NCBI GenBank assembly: GCA_963674825.1
Contig: OY771587.1
Span: forward strand, 1,024,001-1,088,000
DNA: 64,000 nucleotides
Direction: 5' to 3'
Origin: Candidatus Cloacimonadales bacterium
GTDB taxonomy: Bacteria > Cloacimonadota > Cloacimonadia > Cloacimonadales > JAIOQZ01
Translations under genes and position numbers: made by a program
Notes under the pieces: generated by a model
The model's database searches: none
What the model was told of the DNA's origin: nothing
Seen by the model: the letters and a program-made list of their open reading frames with translations, nothing else
Shown here: positions 28,144 through 37,663 of the stretch, piece after piece
Layout: the number at the start of each line of letters is the position of its first letter
How positions within the stretch are numbered: position 1 is the first letter of the stretch

Positions 28144-29043
28144 ATGAAATACATCGTCAGCCTGCTTATCTTATTCGCTGCATCGCTGCTTGTTTCGCAG
28201 GAAGTGATCAGCATCGAAGTACCGGAGATGGACACCCTCTCCCTGTCCGCCAGCGCAACCTTCCAATACAAGGAAATCGACGAATCGAGCGCAATCGTTA
28301 AGAGCCGCCAGTTCGAAGGCGTTTTCTGGACGCTCAATGACAGCGGCGACCGTGCACGCATCTTCCCTTTCACCCTCGACGGTAAAATGGTCACACCCGA
28401 ATGGTACCCGGAATACGATGGCCTCGATATCAAGGACGCGGTTAATATCGACTGGGAAGACATCGCAGCCGACGACAAGGGCAACCTTATCATCGGAGCT
28501 TGCGGCAATAACGGCAATACCCGCAAGGATCTCGCATTCTATATCGTGCAGGAACCTGTTCCTAACGATGTTATCGCGACTCGCTACACAAAGAAGATCC
28601 CGTTTCGCTATCCCGATCAGGAAAAGTTTCCTCCCAAGAAACGTAACTTTGATTGCGAAGCTGTTTTCTACGCCGATGGGCACATCTATGTTCTCTCCAA
28701 GAATCGCTCCGACACCAATACCACGCTCTACCGGCTCGACAGCGAAAGCCAGCAGGAAGTCAATGTGTTGACCAAGCTCGCGACATTCGACGTCAAAGTC
28801 GGCCTTGTGACTGCTGCAGACTGCACGCCAGATGGCAAAAAGCTCGCCGTTCTCACCTACGGTAACATCTGGATTTTCAGCAGCGACACACCGGGTGAGT
28901 GGTTCAACGGCTCAATTCGGTACATGCCGATCAAGGCAAAACAATGTGAAGGTATCTGCTGGGATGGCGATAAACTTGTCATGACCAACGAGCAGAAAGA
29001 TATCATGCTGGTCCCGATGGATAAATTCGTGAAGGTGCAATAG
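28144..29043 (+). CDS. Secreted beta-propeller-like hypothetical protein
   Basis: Signal peptide; ESSA..WTLNDSG, DWEDIA, GNNGN.R, DCEA, QCEGI; AAGGAG RBS. Confidence 0.75.
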   Translation: MKYIVSLLILFAASLLVSQEVISIEVPEMDTLSLSASATFQYKEIDESSAIVKSRQFEGVFWTLNDSGDRARIFPFTLDGKMVTPEWYPEYDGLDIKDAVNIDWEDIAADDKGNLIIGACGNNGNTRKDLAFYIVQEPVPNDVIATRYTKKIPFRYPDQEKFPPKKRNFDCEAVFYADGHIYVLSKNRSDTNTTLYRLDSESQQEVNVLTKLATFDVKVGLVTAADCTPDGKKLAVLTYGNIWIFSSDTPGEWFNGSIRYMPIKAKQCEGICWDGDKLVMTNEQKDIMLVPMDKFVKVQ

Positions 29044-29062
29044 CTACAGGTTTTCCGCCCAG

Positions 29063-29185
29063 TAGATTCGTTCGATCCCACGGATAACGTGGTGTTTCGC
29101 GCTATTATTCTCATGTCCGGTAGTCAGGATAGCGCGGTATATCCACGTGATCTGTGGGATCGGGCGAAGATGCGGGTGGATGCAA
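29063..29185 (+). ncRNA. Unclassified structured element, copy A (candidate ncRNA)
   Basis: Six conserved blocks and co-varying stems shared with 60185-60309. Confidence 0.55.
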
Positions 29186-29186
29186 C

Positions 29187-30809
29187 CTATTCACACACCG
29201 CAACAATACGATAGAACCGAACCGGGGTATCCACCACCATCGCATACTGCGTCACGGACGTTTCCGCGACATCATCCCACATCACTTCGTCCACGCTCGA
29301 CTGCACACGATACGATGTCGCGCCTAATACAGCCTCCCACTCGATCCGAACGGTGTCCGCAATCACCTCTACTGTCAGATTCCGCGGCGATACTAACTGC
29401 GTAACATATTGGTATCTGAATGGATCACCGGCTCCTGCCATTGGCAGAACGCGCCGTTTACCCGATTCGTCCACCGCATACAGGTAATACTTAACGGTTG
29501 CTTCTGTACCGGATGCCGGTATCGTCGCAACGTAGGATTCACCCTGCTGATAAAGTTGCGTTGTGGTATAAGCGCCGTCATCGAACCGGTAATAGACAAG
29601 TAGCGAATCTGAGATGAGTGCTGCATTGCTGTAAGAGTGAATGGCAGCTTCCAGTTGAACATTACTGGTTGCATCCTGCACCACATGCACAGGAATGTAG
29701 CGCACATCCAGCATATGCTTATCCGGAATTTCGTGCACGCGGCAGTGAAGCGCGTCAGTATCATACCAACCGGAATAGGTGACGCCAATGACTTCGTAAC
29801 CCGGCATAGCAGCCTCATACGTCGCAATCGCTTCGTCGTCCCACTCACTTCCTGATAACGGAACCAGCACCTTATTATTCAGAATCAACGAATTGGTGTA
29901 GGGTGTGTATGGAGATCCTGTTGCCGGCGTATAAATCCTGAAAATCTCATATGGTGTACCATAGGAAGAGGTCTGCTCTGCAAAATACTGCGCGATCTCC
30001 TCGAAATCAGAATACCTCGCATCGGCGGCAGGGACCTGCCCGATCATTACCTTATCGACATCCAGAAATTTCGCCCAGCAATCCACATGCTTGATGTATT
30101 CACCCAATGGATCCGGAAGGATGTGATAGGTCTCGATACCGAGGTAATCATGATGAAGCTGAACTAACTCCGACTCTGTCAGATCGGGATTTTCATCCAG
30201 TACCAGATCGGTTGAGACCGCTACGCCCATCCCATCGCACATGTAGTTACCACCAGTTTGCACAACACTCATTCCATATAATCCAAGCGTATCGAACGCA
30301 GCATACGCGATGGGAATGTCATCATCCTCGGGACGCGGACGATTGTACTGGAAATCGACCACACTCATGGAATCGCTCAGATCGAAGATAAAAAAGGGAC
30401 CGTAGTCACGCGTCCAAATGGAGTTGGTCGGCGCAACCATGAAGCGGCAATGATTGAGGTTGACGCCGAAATTGGTGTATTGGTTGATCGCCTGCTGGCG
30501 GTAATATGCGCTCGAAACGATCGTCACGAGAATATCGTCCTCTGCGAGTTCTGCCACCAGGCTGTAGGGAATCCCGAGGGGATAGCGGATCATCGTGCCA
30601 GTCATTGGTTCAAATTCAGCGATCTGCCGGATAGGAGCTTCTGGCGGATCGGTCGGTATAAAGGTACGACTTTCCAGATTCTGCTCTGCGGAAGTCTTCG
30701 CATGAGGTAGAGAATGAGGGTATCGCCGCTGCCCTTCGCCGCTCTCAATATTTACAGCAAACGCGGTATAAACAAAGAAAAACAATCCGAAAAACAGCGT
30801 ACGTCTCAT
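29187..30809 (-). CDS. Secreted agmatine/peptidyl-arginine deiminase family protein
   Basis: AEFEP, WTRDYGP, GGN, HVD, LHC motifs; signal peptide; FN3-like tail. Confidence 0.9.
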   Translation of the reverse strand: MRRTLFFGLFFFVYTAFAVNIESGEGQRRYPHSLPHAKTSAEQNLESRTFIPTDPPEAPIRQIAEFEPMTGTMIRYPLGIPYSLVAELAEDDILVTIVSSAYYRQQAINQYTNFGVNLNHCRFMVAPTNSIWTRDYGPFFIFDLSDSMSVVDFQYNRPRPEDDDIPIAYAAFDTLGLYGMSVVQTGGNYMCDGMGVAVSTDLVLDENPDLTESELVQLHHDYLGIETYHILPDPLGEYIKHVDCWAKFLDVDKVMIGQVPAADARYSDFEEIAQYFAEQTSSYGTPYEIFRIYTPATGSPYTPYTNSLILNNKVLVPLSGSEWDDEAIATYEAAMPGYEVIGVTYSGWYDTDALHCRVHEIPDKHMLDVRYIPVHVVQDATSNVQLEAAIHSYSNAALISDSLLVYYRFDDGAYTTTQLYQQGESYVATIPASGTEATVKYYLYAVDESGKRRVLPMAGAGDPFRYQYVTQLVSPRNLTVEVIADTVRIEWEAVLGATSYRVQSSVDEVMWDDVAETSVTQYAMVVDTPVRFYRIVAVCE

Positions 30810-30821
30810 AGCATCACAAGT

Positions 30822-32972
30822 CTATTCATAGACCGCCGTGATGTAATAGAAACGATGTGCACCAGCGCTTGAAGCAGTCCATTCAGGCTGACTGGCAGAA
30901 CCGCGAAGCATGTACGATCCCGATGGCAAGTCAACCGTGTAAACATTATATGAACTGGCGCTGGGAATGTTATCCCAACTCAAATGAACCATTCCGTCGA
31001 TCACCTCAATGGTTAGTCCGGTCACTCCCTGAAGTTCTCCAGCAAGGATCGAGGCCTGATACGTCGTCCTATTCGGAGCTGTCACCGTTAGAAGCACTTG
31101 CGACGGCAGCATTACAGGTTCGAAACTAAGAATTGCGTTCCCAACTGCATCGGTTTCGGAGACAGCCAGGATCGAACCATCTCTGGTCAGACTACAGATC
31201 GCACCGCTGGTGTTAGTTGCAACGGAAAGCGTTCCTGTCCCGAGCGGAATATTCTGCGCATGGCTGATATTCATTGATGTCGGGGCTTGTGTCCGAACCT
31301 GAAGCGAAGGATCGCCGAAGATATTCCAGGTCTTGTAGGTACGCGGTCCATAGTAAGAATATTCGTCGATCATCAGGCAGGAGCCATTATAGCAGATCCC
31401 CCCGAAAGTAACCTTCTCATCTGCGATGATCAGATCGATCATCTCGTCCTGAGCGGCCATAGGTGGAGCCCATTCCTGATTGTTGGACGAAGCATAGATG
31501 CCGATCGCTCCGGTAGGTTCTCCGGTCGTGTTATTCGTCGCACGCATCCAGTATTCGGCAAAGCAGGTGTAATTGACGAAATTACCATTCAAGCAGGCAA
31601 CCGAGAAGATAAACGGCAGCATGTTGTCGTTGGTCAGGTTATTGATATCGGCATAATTGAAGGCGGTGGTTCCCCAGCTTGTTGTGGAGCCGTGGCCGCA
31701 ATAGTTGATGATACTCCGACCTTCGTTCAGTGCACTGCTGACCATTGCGTCTGTCGCGCCGGTTGTGGCATAAAGCTGATCAACCATTGAGTAATGATAA
31801 CCCAGAAGATCGTTGCGGATGTTGTTCATGTGGACCCAATCTGCTTCACCATCATCACCACTACCGTCACCCTGCGAAGATGCGATGCCAGTGCCTTTCG
31901 AAAGCCAGTCTCCACTGCTGATATCCCGCTCGTATTCCACAAGTCGCTCCACCTGCGTCTCCACATGCGCCGCTGTCTGCGCTGAGAGCCGTCCCACAAA
32001 AATATCCGGATAGCTGTCATCTCCATCCACAAGTGCATAAATCGGGTCAGCGCCATAGCCACCATAGCTCGGATAGTCCACCTGATAGGCGTCTCCAACC
32101 AGAAGCACCCAGGTCAGCCCGTCGTTCAGGTCGTACTGATCCTGAATGAAATCGGCGATATCCGCATCATTGTTGCCGATGGTATCAACGCTGTAAAGAG
32201 TGGTCTCAATACCCTTTTGGCGCTTCCATTGTACGAAAGGAGCCATCTCATCCAGGAAGTCATCGTAGCAGATGATGATCATCCGGCCCTGCTCTTCCAC
32301 CGGTACGTAGCGCGGATTGTCGAGGTTGATGAAGTGATTGCTGTAGATTTCGCCAAAGGCGCGGTTCTTGAGTTCATTGGTAACAGCTTTGGGATTGACA
32401 GTCGCGACTTGATCGAAGCTAACTTCGACTTCAATGGAAGTGGTTACGGTCAGCGTGCTGCTGATGGGGTCGTAAGAGAAAGGCTTGAACTGCACCGTAA
32501 CGCCACGGTAATCACGAAGAATATAGGGGTCGCCAAGGACTGCCAATGGCTGTTCTTCGATCGCTTTTCCATTGTAAAAATCTCCGAATTCGTACGGTAC
32601 TGTCGCAGGATCGACCGTTCTGAGCATGTGTCCTTTGGAGGGCGCGACACGAAGTTGCATCGTCGTCGATTGCTGATCCACAACAGTAAGTTGCGGCTTA
32701 CGATCTCCCGGAATCGCAATGCTGCGAACCACTTGCGGAAGCTGCGGCATCCCTTTTTCCATGATCATGCTCTCGTGGTCGAGATAGGGTAAAGCCCAAG
32801 TGTCACCATCAATTTCGACCTCGTCATAGGTAAACGATCCGAATTCCAGACGAATTCGCAGTGGATCATCTTGTAAGACCCGTACAGACAAAGGATTATC
32901 ATTAATACTAACACCAACGGCAGCTAGGCACCCGGCAAGCAATAATAATAAAGCTGTAAACCTCGTGTACAT
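30822..32972 (-). CDS. C25 (gingipain-like) cysteine peptidase with propeptide
   Basis: PSKG propeptide motif; LLVGD, VGRL, YCGHGS, VACLNG, FGDP. Confidence 0.92.
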   Translation of the reverse strand: MYTRFTALLLLLAGCLAAVGVSINDNPLSVRVLQDDPLRIRLEFGSFTYDEVEIDGDTWALPYLDHESMIMEKGMPQLPQVVRSIAIPGDRKPQLTVVDQQSTTMQLRVAPSKGHMLRTVDPATVPYEFGDFYNGKAIEEQPLAVLGDPYILRDYRGVTVQFKPFSYDPISSTLTVTTSIEVEVSFDQVATVNPKAVTNELKNRAFGEIYSNHFINLDNPRYVPVEEQGRMIIICYDDFLDEMAPFVQWKRQKGIETTLYSVDTIGNNDADIADFIQDQYDLNDGLTWVLLVGDAYQVDYPSYGGYGADPIYALVDGDDSYPDIFVGRLSAQTAAHVETQVERLVEYERDISSGDWLSKGTGIASSQGDGSGDDGEADWVHMNNIRNDLLGYHYSMVDQLYATTGATDAMVSSALNEGRSIINYCGHGSTTSWGTTAFNYADINNLTNDNMLPFIFSVACLNGNFVNYTCFAEYWMRATNNTTGEPTGAIGIYASSNNQEWAPPMAAQDEMIDLIIADEKVTFGGICYNGSCLMIDEYSYYGPRTYKTWNIFGDPSLQVRTQAPTSMNISHAQNIPLGTGTLSVATNTSGAICSLTRDGSILAVSETDAVGNAILSFEPVMLPSQVLLTVTAPNRTTYQASILAGELQGVTGLTIEVIDGMVHLSWDNIPSASSYNVYTVDLPSGSYMLRGSASQPEWTASSAGAHRFYYITAVYE

Positions 32973-33220
32973 TTTTCGACCCCCTTCCGGATTTTCCGGA
33001 AATATAATGCAAGCCGTAAACCAAATTGACAGCAACGACTTATTTTTCTATATTATTTACTGATTCATTTTAACTGAGCCGATCGATTTTCGCAAGATTT
33101 ATTTCTATGATTTTTACCTGTAAGCACCAGGATATCCGCACTTACCAGTGCGTTATGTAACGTTTTCCTCACAAACATGTTGACATATACGTTGGGTAAA
33201 ATATCCTTTTTTCTAATGAA

Positions 33221-35086
33221 ATGAACAAGGATCGGGATATGCTCGAAAGAATAAAAGGACCTGAAGACGTTCGCAAGCTCTCCCTTGCGGAATTGAAAAT
33301 ACTGGCTCAAGAAGTACGGGAACGCATCCTGGAGGTGACTGCGAAAAACGGCGGTCACCTGGCACCAAGCTTGGGCGCAGTGGAAATCGCCGTCGCGCTG
33401 CTGCGTGTGTTCAATCCGCGTCGCGACCGCGTGGTGTGGGATGTTGGGCATCAATCATATGCTTGGAAAATCCTTACGGGGCGCAATGATCGCTTCGACA
33501 CACTACGACAATTCGGTGGCATCAGCGGCTTCAACAACATTTTCGAAAGCGAATACGACGCCTTTGGTGTAGGGCATTCGAGCACATCGATCTCGGCTGC
33601 GCTGGGTATCAATGTCGCCGATGAAATGATGGGCAGAAAAGGCCGAACCATCGCCGTGATCGGTGACGGAGCTCTTACAGGTGGGATGTCATTCGAGGCG
33701 ATCAATCACTGCGGCCACCTGCAAAAAAACCTGATCGTCATCCTCAACGACAACGCGATGTCCATCTCCAAGAACGTCGGCGCACTCCAGAGCTATATGG
33801 CGAACATCCTGGTCAGCAAAACATACAACTCCCTCAAAGAACGTGTCTGGGATCTCTCGAACACACTGCCGACCAACATTCGCCGCAGGTTTATCACCGG
33901 CGCACAAAAGCTCGAAGAAAGCCTTATCAATATCCTGGTTCCCAACATCATCTTCGAAGACCTCGGCTTCAAATATGTCGGCCCCATCGACGGCCACGAC
34001 TTGCCGAGGCTTGCACATATCTTCAACAAAGCGCGCCACAACATTGTCGGGCCCGTGCTGATTCACGTTGTTACCCAGAAAGGCAAAGGCTGCGATTTCG
34101 CCGAAAACAACGCTCGCGTCTTCCACGGTGTGGGACCTTACGAAGAAAAGACCGGCGCAAGCCTCTCGAAGAAATCGAAGTCCTACTCCAACGTCTTTGG
34201 TGACAAGCTCTGCGAACTGGCTAGCGAGCATAAAAACGTAGTCGCCATTACAGCCGCTATGACCGACGGCACCGGGCTGACCGAGTTTGCACGAAAGTAC
34301 CCGGATCGTTTCTTCGATGTCGGCATTGCTGAGCAGCATGCGGTTACCTTTGCGGGAGGACTCGCCGTGCGGGGCATCAAGCCTTTTGTGGCAATCTATT
34401 CAACCTTCCTGCAACGCGCGTTCGATCAGGTTATCCACGATATCGCACTGCAAAAGCTTCCCGTGGTATTCTGCCTGGATCGAGCCGGACTGGTCGGCGA
34501 CGATGGTGCAACGCACCACGGCGTGTTCGATCTATCCTATCTCCGGTTGATCCCAAGCCTTCAAATTCTCTCGCCAAGCTGCGCCGAAGAGCTTGAATCG
34601 ATGATGGAATATGCCATGCACTACGACGACGGTCCCATCGCGATCCGCTACCCACGCGGTGGCGCACGGCAATGTGCCATGGATCATCCCATTATCGAAT
34701 CAGGAAAATGGGAAGTACTACAGAAGGGAACCGATGTCGCCTTCATCGGCACAGGTAAAGGCATGATCGACGCAGCAGATACCATCGAGCTGTTTGGCGA
34801 CACCATCAAACCATGGCTCATCAACGCACGTTTCATCAAACCAATGGACAACACACTGTTGGACACACTGAAATCAAAGGTCAAGCACGTGGTAACCATC
34901 GAGGACAACGCCCTCGAAGGCGGATTCGGGGAATCGGTGAAAGCCTATTACAACGGAAGCGACGTCACCGTACACACCTTCGGTATTCCCGACCGATTCG
35001 TCACATTCGGTAGTGTGGAGCAGCTAAAAGAAATGTTGGGTATCACTCCGAAGCAGATTCACCAGACGTTGAAGGACATCCTGTAG
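33221..35086 (+). CDS. dxs: 1-deoxy-D-xylulose-5-phosphate synthase
   Basis: GGHL, WDVGHQ, GHSSTS, GDGA, IAEQH, IYSTF, IRYPRG. Confidence 0.97.
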   Translation: MNKDRDMLERIKGPEDVRKLSLAELKILAQEVRERILEVTAKNGGHLAPSLGAVEIAVALLRVFNPRRDRVVWDVGHQSYAWKILTGRNDRFDTLRQFGGISGFNNIFESEYDAFGVGHSSTSISAALGINVADEMMGRKGRTIAVIGDGALTGGMSFEAINHCGHLQKNLIVILNDNAMSISKNVGALQSYMANILVSKTYNSLKERVWDLSNTLPTNIRRRFITGAQKLEESLINILVPNIIFEDLGFKYVGPIDGHDLPRLAHIFNKARHNIVGPVLIHVVTQKGKGCDFAENNARVFHGVGPYEEKTGASLSKKSKSYSNVFGDKLCELASEHKNVVAITAAMTDGTGLTEFARKYPDRFFDVGIAEQHAVTFAGGLAVRGIKPFVAIYSTFLQRAFDQVIHDIALQKLPVVFCLDRAGLVGDDGATHHGVFDLSYLRLIPSLQILSPSCAEELESMMEYAMHYDDGPIAIRYPRGGARQCAMDHPIIESGKWEVLQKGTDVAFIGTGKGMIDAADTIELFGDTIKPWLINARFIKPMDNTLLDTLKSKVKHVVTIEDNALEGGFGESVKAYYNGSDVTVHTFGIPDRFVTFGSVEQLKEMLGITPKQIHQTLKDIL

Positions 35087-35092
35087 TCCACC

Positions 35093-36448
35093 ATGAGCGG
35101 ATTTCACGACACCATCGCCGCCGAAACGACACCCCACGGGCACGGCGGAATCTCGGTTTTGCGCATCAGTGGCAGAAACGCCATCGAGATCGCGCAGAAG
35201 ATTGTCCGCACTCGTAAATCGATCCAGGATAGCCCTTCGCATACAGTCCATTATGGGCATATCCACGACGGGCAGCGTCAGATCGACCAGGTGCTGGTCT
35301 CCATTTTCCGCGCACCAAATAGCTACACCGGCGAGGATGTTGTAGAAATCTCCTGCCACGGTAATCCCTTTATCGTCTCGCAAATCCTCGCAATCATATT
35401 GCGCTACGCACGGCAGGCCGAACCGGGCGAATTCACCCAGAGAGCGTTTCTCAACGACCGCATCGACCTCACTGGAGCAGAGGCTGTCAACGACCTCATT
35501 CACGCCCAGACCCGGCAGGCACAGGCCGTCGCGCTCGAGCAACTCGAAGGCAGCCTGCACCATCGAATCGAAGCACTCCTGAGCCGCATCACCCAGATCC
35601 GCATGCAAATGGAAATCGAGATCGATCTCAGCGATCAGAATCTGGCCGATACCGACTGGAGCGCTATGCGAACCGAATGCGAAGCGCTGGTTACCGAACT
35701 GGGCGAACTGATTCGCACCGGCCAGGAAGGACGCATTCTGCGTGAAGGACTCAAGATCGCGCTGGTTGGTCCACCCAACGTCGGGAAATCGAGCATCTTC
35801 AACGCCTTCCTCGAAACCGAGCGCGCCATCGTAACCCCGCATCCCGGAACCACGCGAGACTACCTCGAAGAAGCCGTCGCAATTGAAGGCTACCTGTTGC
35901 GGCTGTACGACACCGCCGGGATTCGTGAAACACCTGATGAGATCGAACAAATCGGCATCGACCGCTCAGGGAAAATGATCCAGCAAGCCGATCGAGTGTT
36001 GTTCATCACCGAATTGGATACCACCGAAGATGAAATGGAACGTTTGGAGACTCTCACCGGCAGGAAGAACGTCTTGCGTGTGATCAATAAATCGGACCTT
36101 CTGAGCGATCAGCAAGCCGAAGCGTTTGAAAAAGATGACTATATCGTATGCAGCGCGACAAAACCGGGTGGCTTGCACACACTCAAAAACAGGCTTTTAG
36201 AAGATATCCGCGTCTCGCAAATCGAACTTCACAGCGGCATCCTGACCAATGCACGACAGATCGCTGCCGCCAGCCGTGCCGAGACCTCGCTCCGTCAGGC
36301 TTTGGATGCGATTGGAAATGGTGTGGGACCGGAGTTTGTGGCATTTGACCTCAAAGAGGCAAGCCAGGCACTGGAGGAGATCATCGGAAGAATAAGCTCC
36401 GAAGATCTTCTGAATCGGATCTTCAGTGATTTCTGCGTCGGTAAATAG
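35093..36448 (+). CDS. mnmE: tRNA modification GTPase MnmE
   Basis: SYTGED, GPPNVGKSS, GTTRD, DTAG, NKSD, FCVGK. Confidence 0.97.
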   Translation: MSGFHDTIAAETTPHGHGGISVLRISGRNAIEIAQKIVRTRKSIQDSPSHTVHYGHIHDGQRQIDQVLVSIFRAPNSYTGEDVVEISCHGNPFIVSQILAIILRYARQAEPGEFTQRAFLNDRIDLTGAEAVNDLIHAQTRQAQAVALEQLEGSLHHRIEALLSRITQIRMQMEIEIDLSDQNLADTDWSAMRTECEALVTELGELIRTGQEGRILREGLKIALVGPPNVGKSSIFNAFLETERAIVTPHPGTTRDYLEEAVAIEGYLLRLYDTAGIRETPDEIEQIGIDRSGKMIQQADRVLFITELDTTEDEMERLETLTGRKNVLRVINKSDLLSDQQAEAFEKDDYIVCSATKPGGLHTLKNRLLEDIRVSQIELHSGILTNARQIAAASRAETSLRQALDAIGNGVGPEFVAFDLKEASQALEEIIGRISSEDLLNRIFSDFCVGK

Positions 36449-36454
36449 CTCTCT

Positions 36455-37660
36455 TTATTGGCCTGCTTCCGCCAACTTTTCCTTCGCCCGTTTCAGTTTC
36501 TGAATCCTTCTGAGCAACATTAACGATGCGATACCTCCCAACGTTACCACGCCCACGCACCAGTAGGTCTGAATCGTACCCCAATTATCGAGGCTGACAC
36601 CGACCAACGGCGAGAGAATCGCAAAGCTGAGGCTCGCTGCCAGGCTCACCAGCGAGATAACCGTCGCGCGGTATTGATCCTTGATCTGGTGATTGATGTA
36701 GAAACGCAACGTCGGCTGATAGAGACCACGTACGATCTGCTGTGTCGCCAGCAGGATAAGCGCCCAGGGTGAGATCAGGATCGCCGGCAGGATAAACGAC
36801 GACGCCAGCAGCAATCCCAGGCTGATCAGCACTTTGCGGGGACGCGTCTGGCTGTATTTTTTGACCAGCACCTTGGATGTGATCGCCGCCACCACGTTGA
36901 AAAAGAAGAAGATAACACCAAACCACATCACGTCGATCTCGACACGCTCGAAATAAGGCTGGTAGAGCCAATAAGATACCCGGAACGAGAATCCCATGAG
37001 CATCGCGAAAAGGACTGTCCAGAGAATGCGCGGCGTCTTGACTGAGATGCCAATGCTTTTCAGAACGTGGATAATGTAGTTATGTTCGCTCTTCTGACGC
37101 TCGGTCTCGCGGAATCCAATCGCTGAGATGCCTGATATCCCGATAAAACCGATGCTCAGCCAGAACGGCATGAAGTGATTGAACTTGTAGAGGAAACCAC
37201 TCGCAATAGAGCCCAAGCCCTGACCGGCAAAGATCAGGAATTGCGCGTGTCCTTCATGATGCTGGTATTCCGGCTTACGATCCAGCCGGATGAGACTCTC
37301 GTAGAGCAACGCAGAATCCGCGCCACTACTGAAAGTCATCCCCATACCGAACAGTACTTCCGCCAGCGCAAAACCCCAGAACCGATTAAACAGAATGTAC
37401 AACAACAGTCCGAGCATACAAAGCACACTGCTGATCACCAGCGAGAATTTCCGGGATATTTTGTCCGCGATAGAACCGGTCGGTACCTCGAAGATAAAGA
37501 CAGACACCGCCGAGATCGATTGCAACAGCATGATCTGGGAATAGCTTAGTCCTTTGAAGATCATGAATGGCACGAGGATCGGGCCGATGATCATCAGATT
37601 GGAGAACAGCCGGAACCACGGATACAGCTTCACATTGCGCGTCAAATCGTTGTGTTCCAT
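36455..37660 (-). CDS. MFS transporter
   Basis: EVPTGSIADKISRK, SGADSALLYE; about 12 TM segments. Confidence 0.9.
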   Translation of the reverse strand: MEHNDLTRNVKLYPWFRLFSNLMIIGPILVPFMIFKGLSYSQIMLLQSISAVSVFIFEVPTGSIADKISRKFSLVISSVLCMLGLLLYILFNRFWGFALAEVLFGMGMTFSSGADSALLYESLIRLDRKPEYQHHEGHAQFLIFAGQGLGSIASGFLYKFNHFMPFWLSIGFIGISGISAIGFRETERQKSEHNYIIHVLKSIGISVKTPRILWTVLFAMLMGFSFRVSYWLYQPYFERVEIDVMWFGVIFFFFNVVAAITSKVLVKKYSQTRPRKVLISLGLLLASSFILPAILISPWALILLATQQIVRGLYQPTLRFYINHQIKDQYRATVISLVSLAASLSFAILSPLVGVSLDNWGTIQTYWCVGVVTLGGIASLMLLRRIQKLKRAKEKLAEAGQ

Positions 37661-37663
37661 CCG

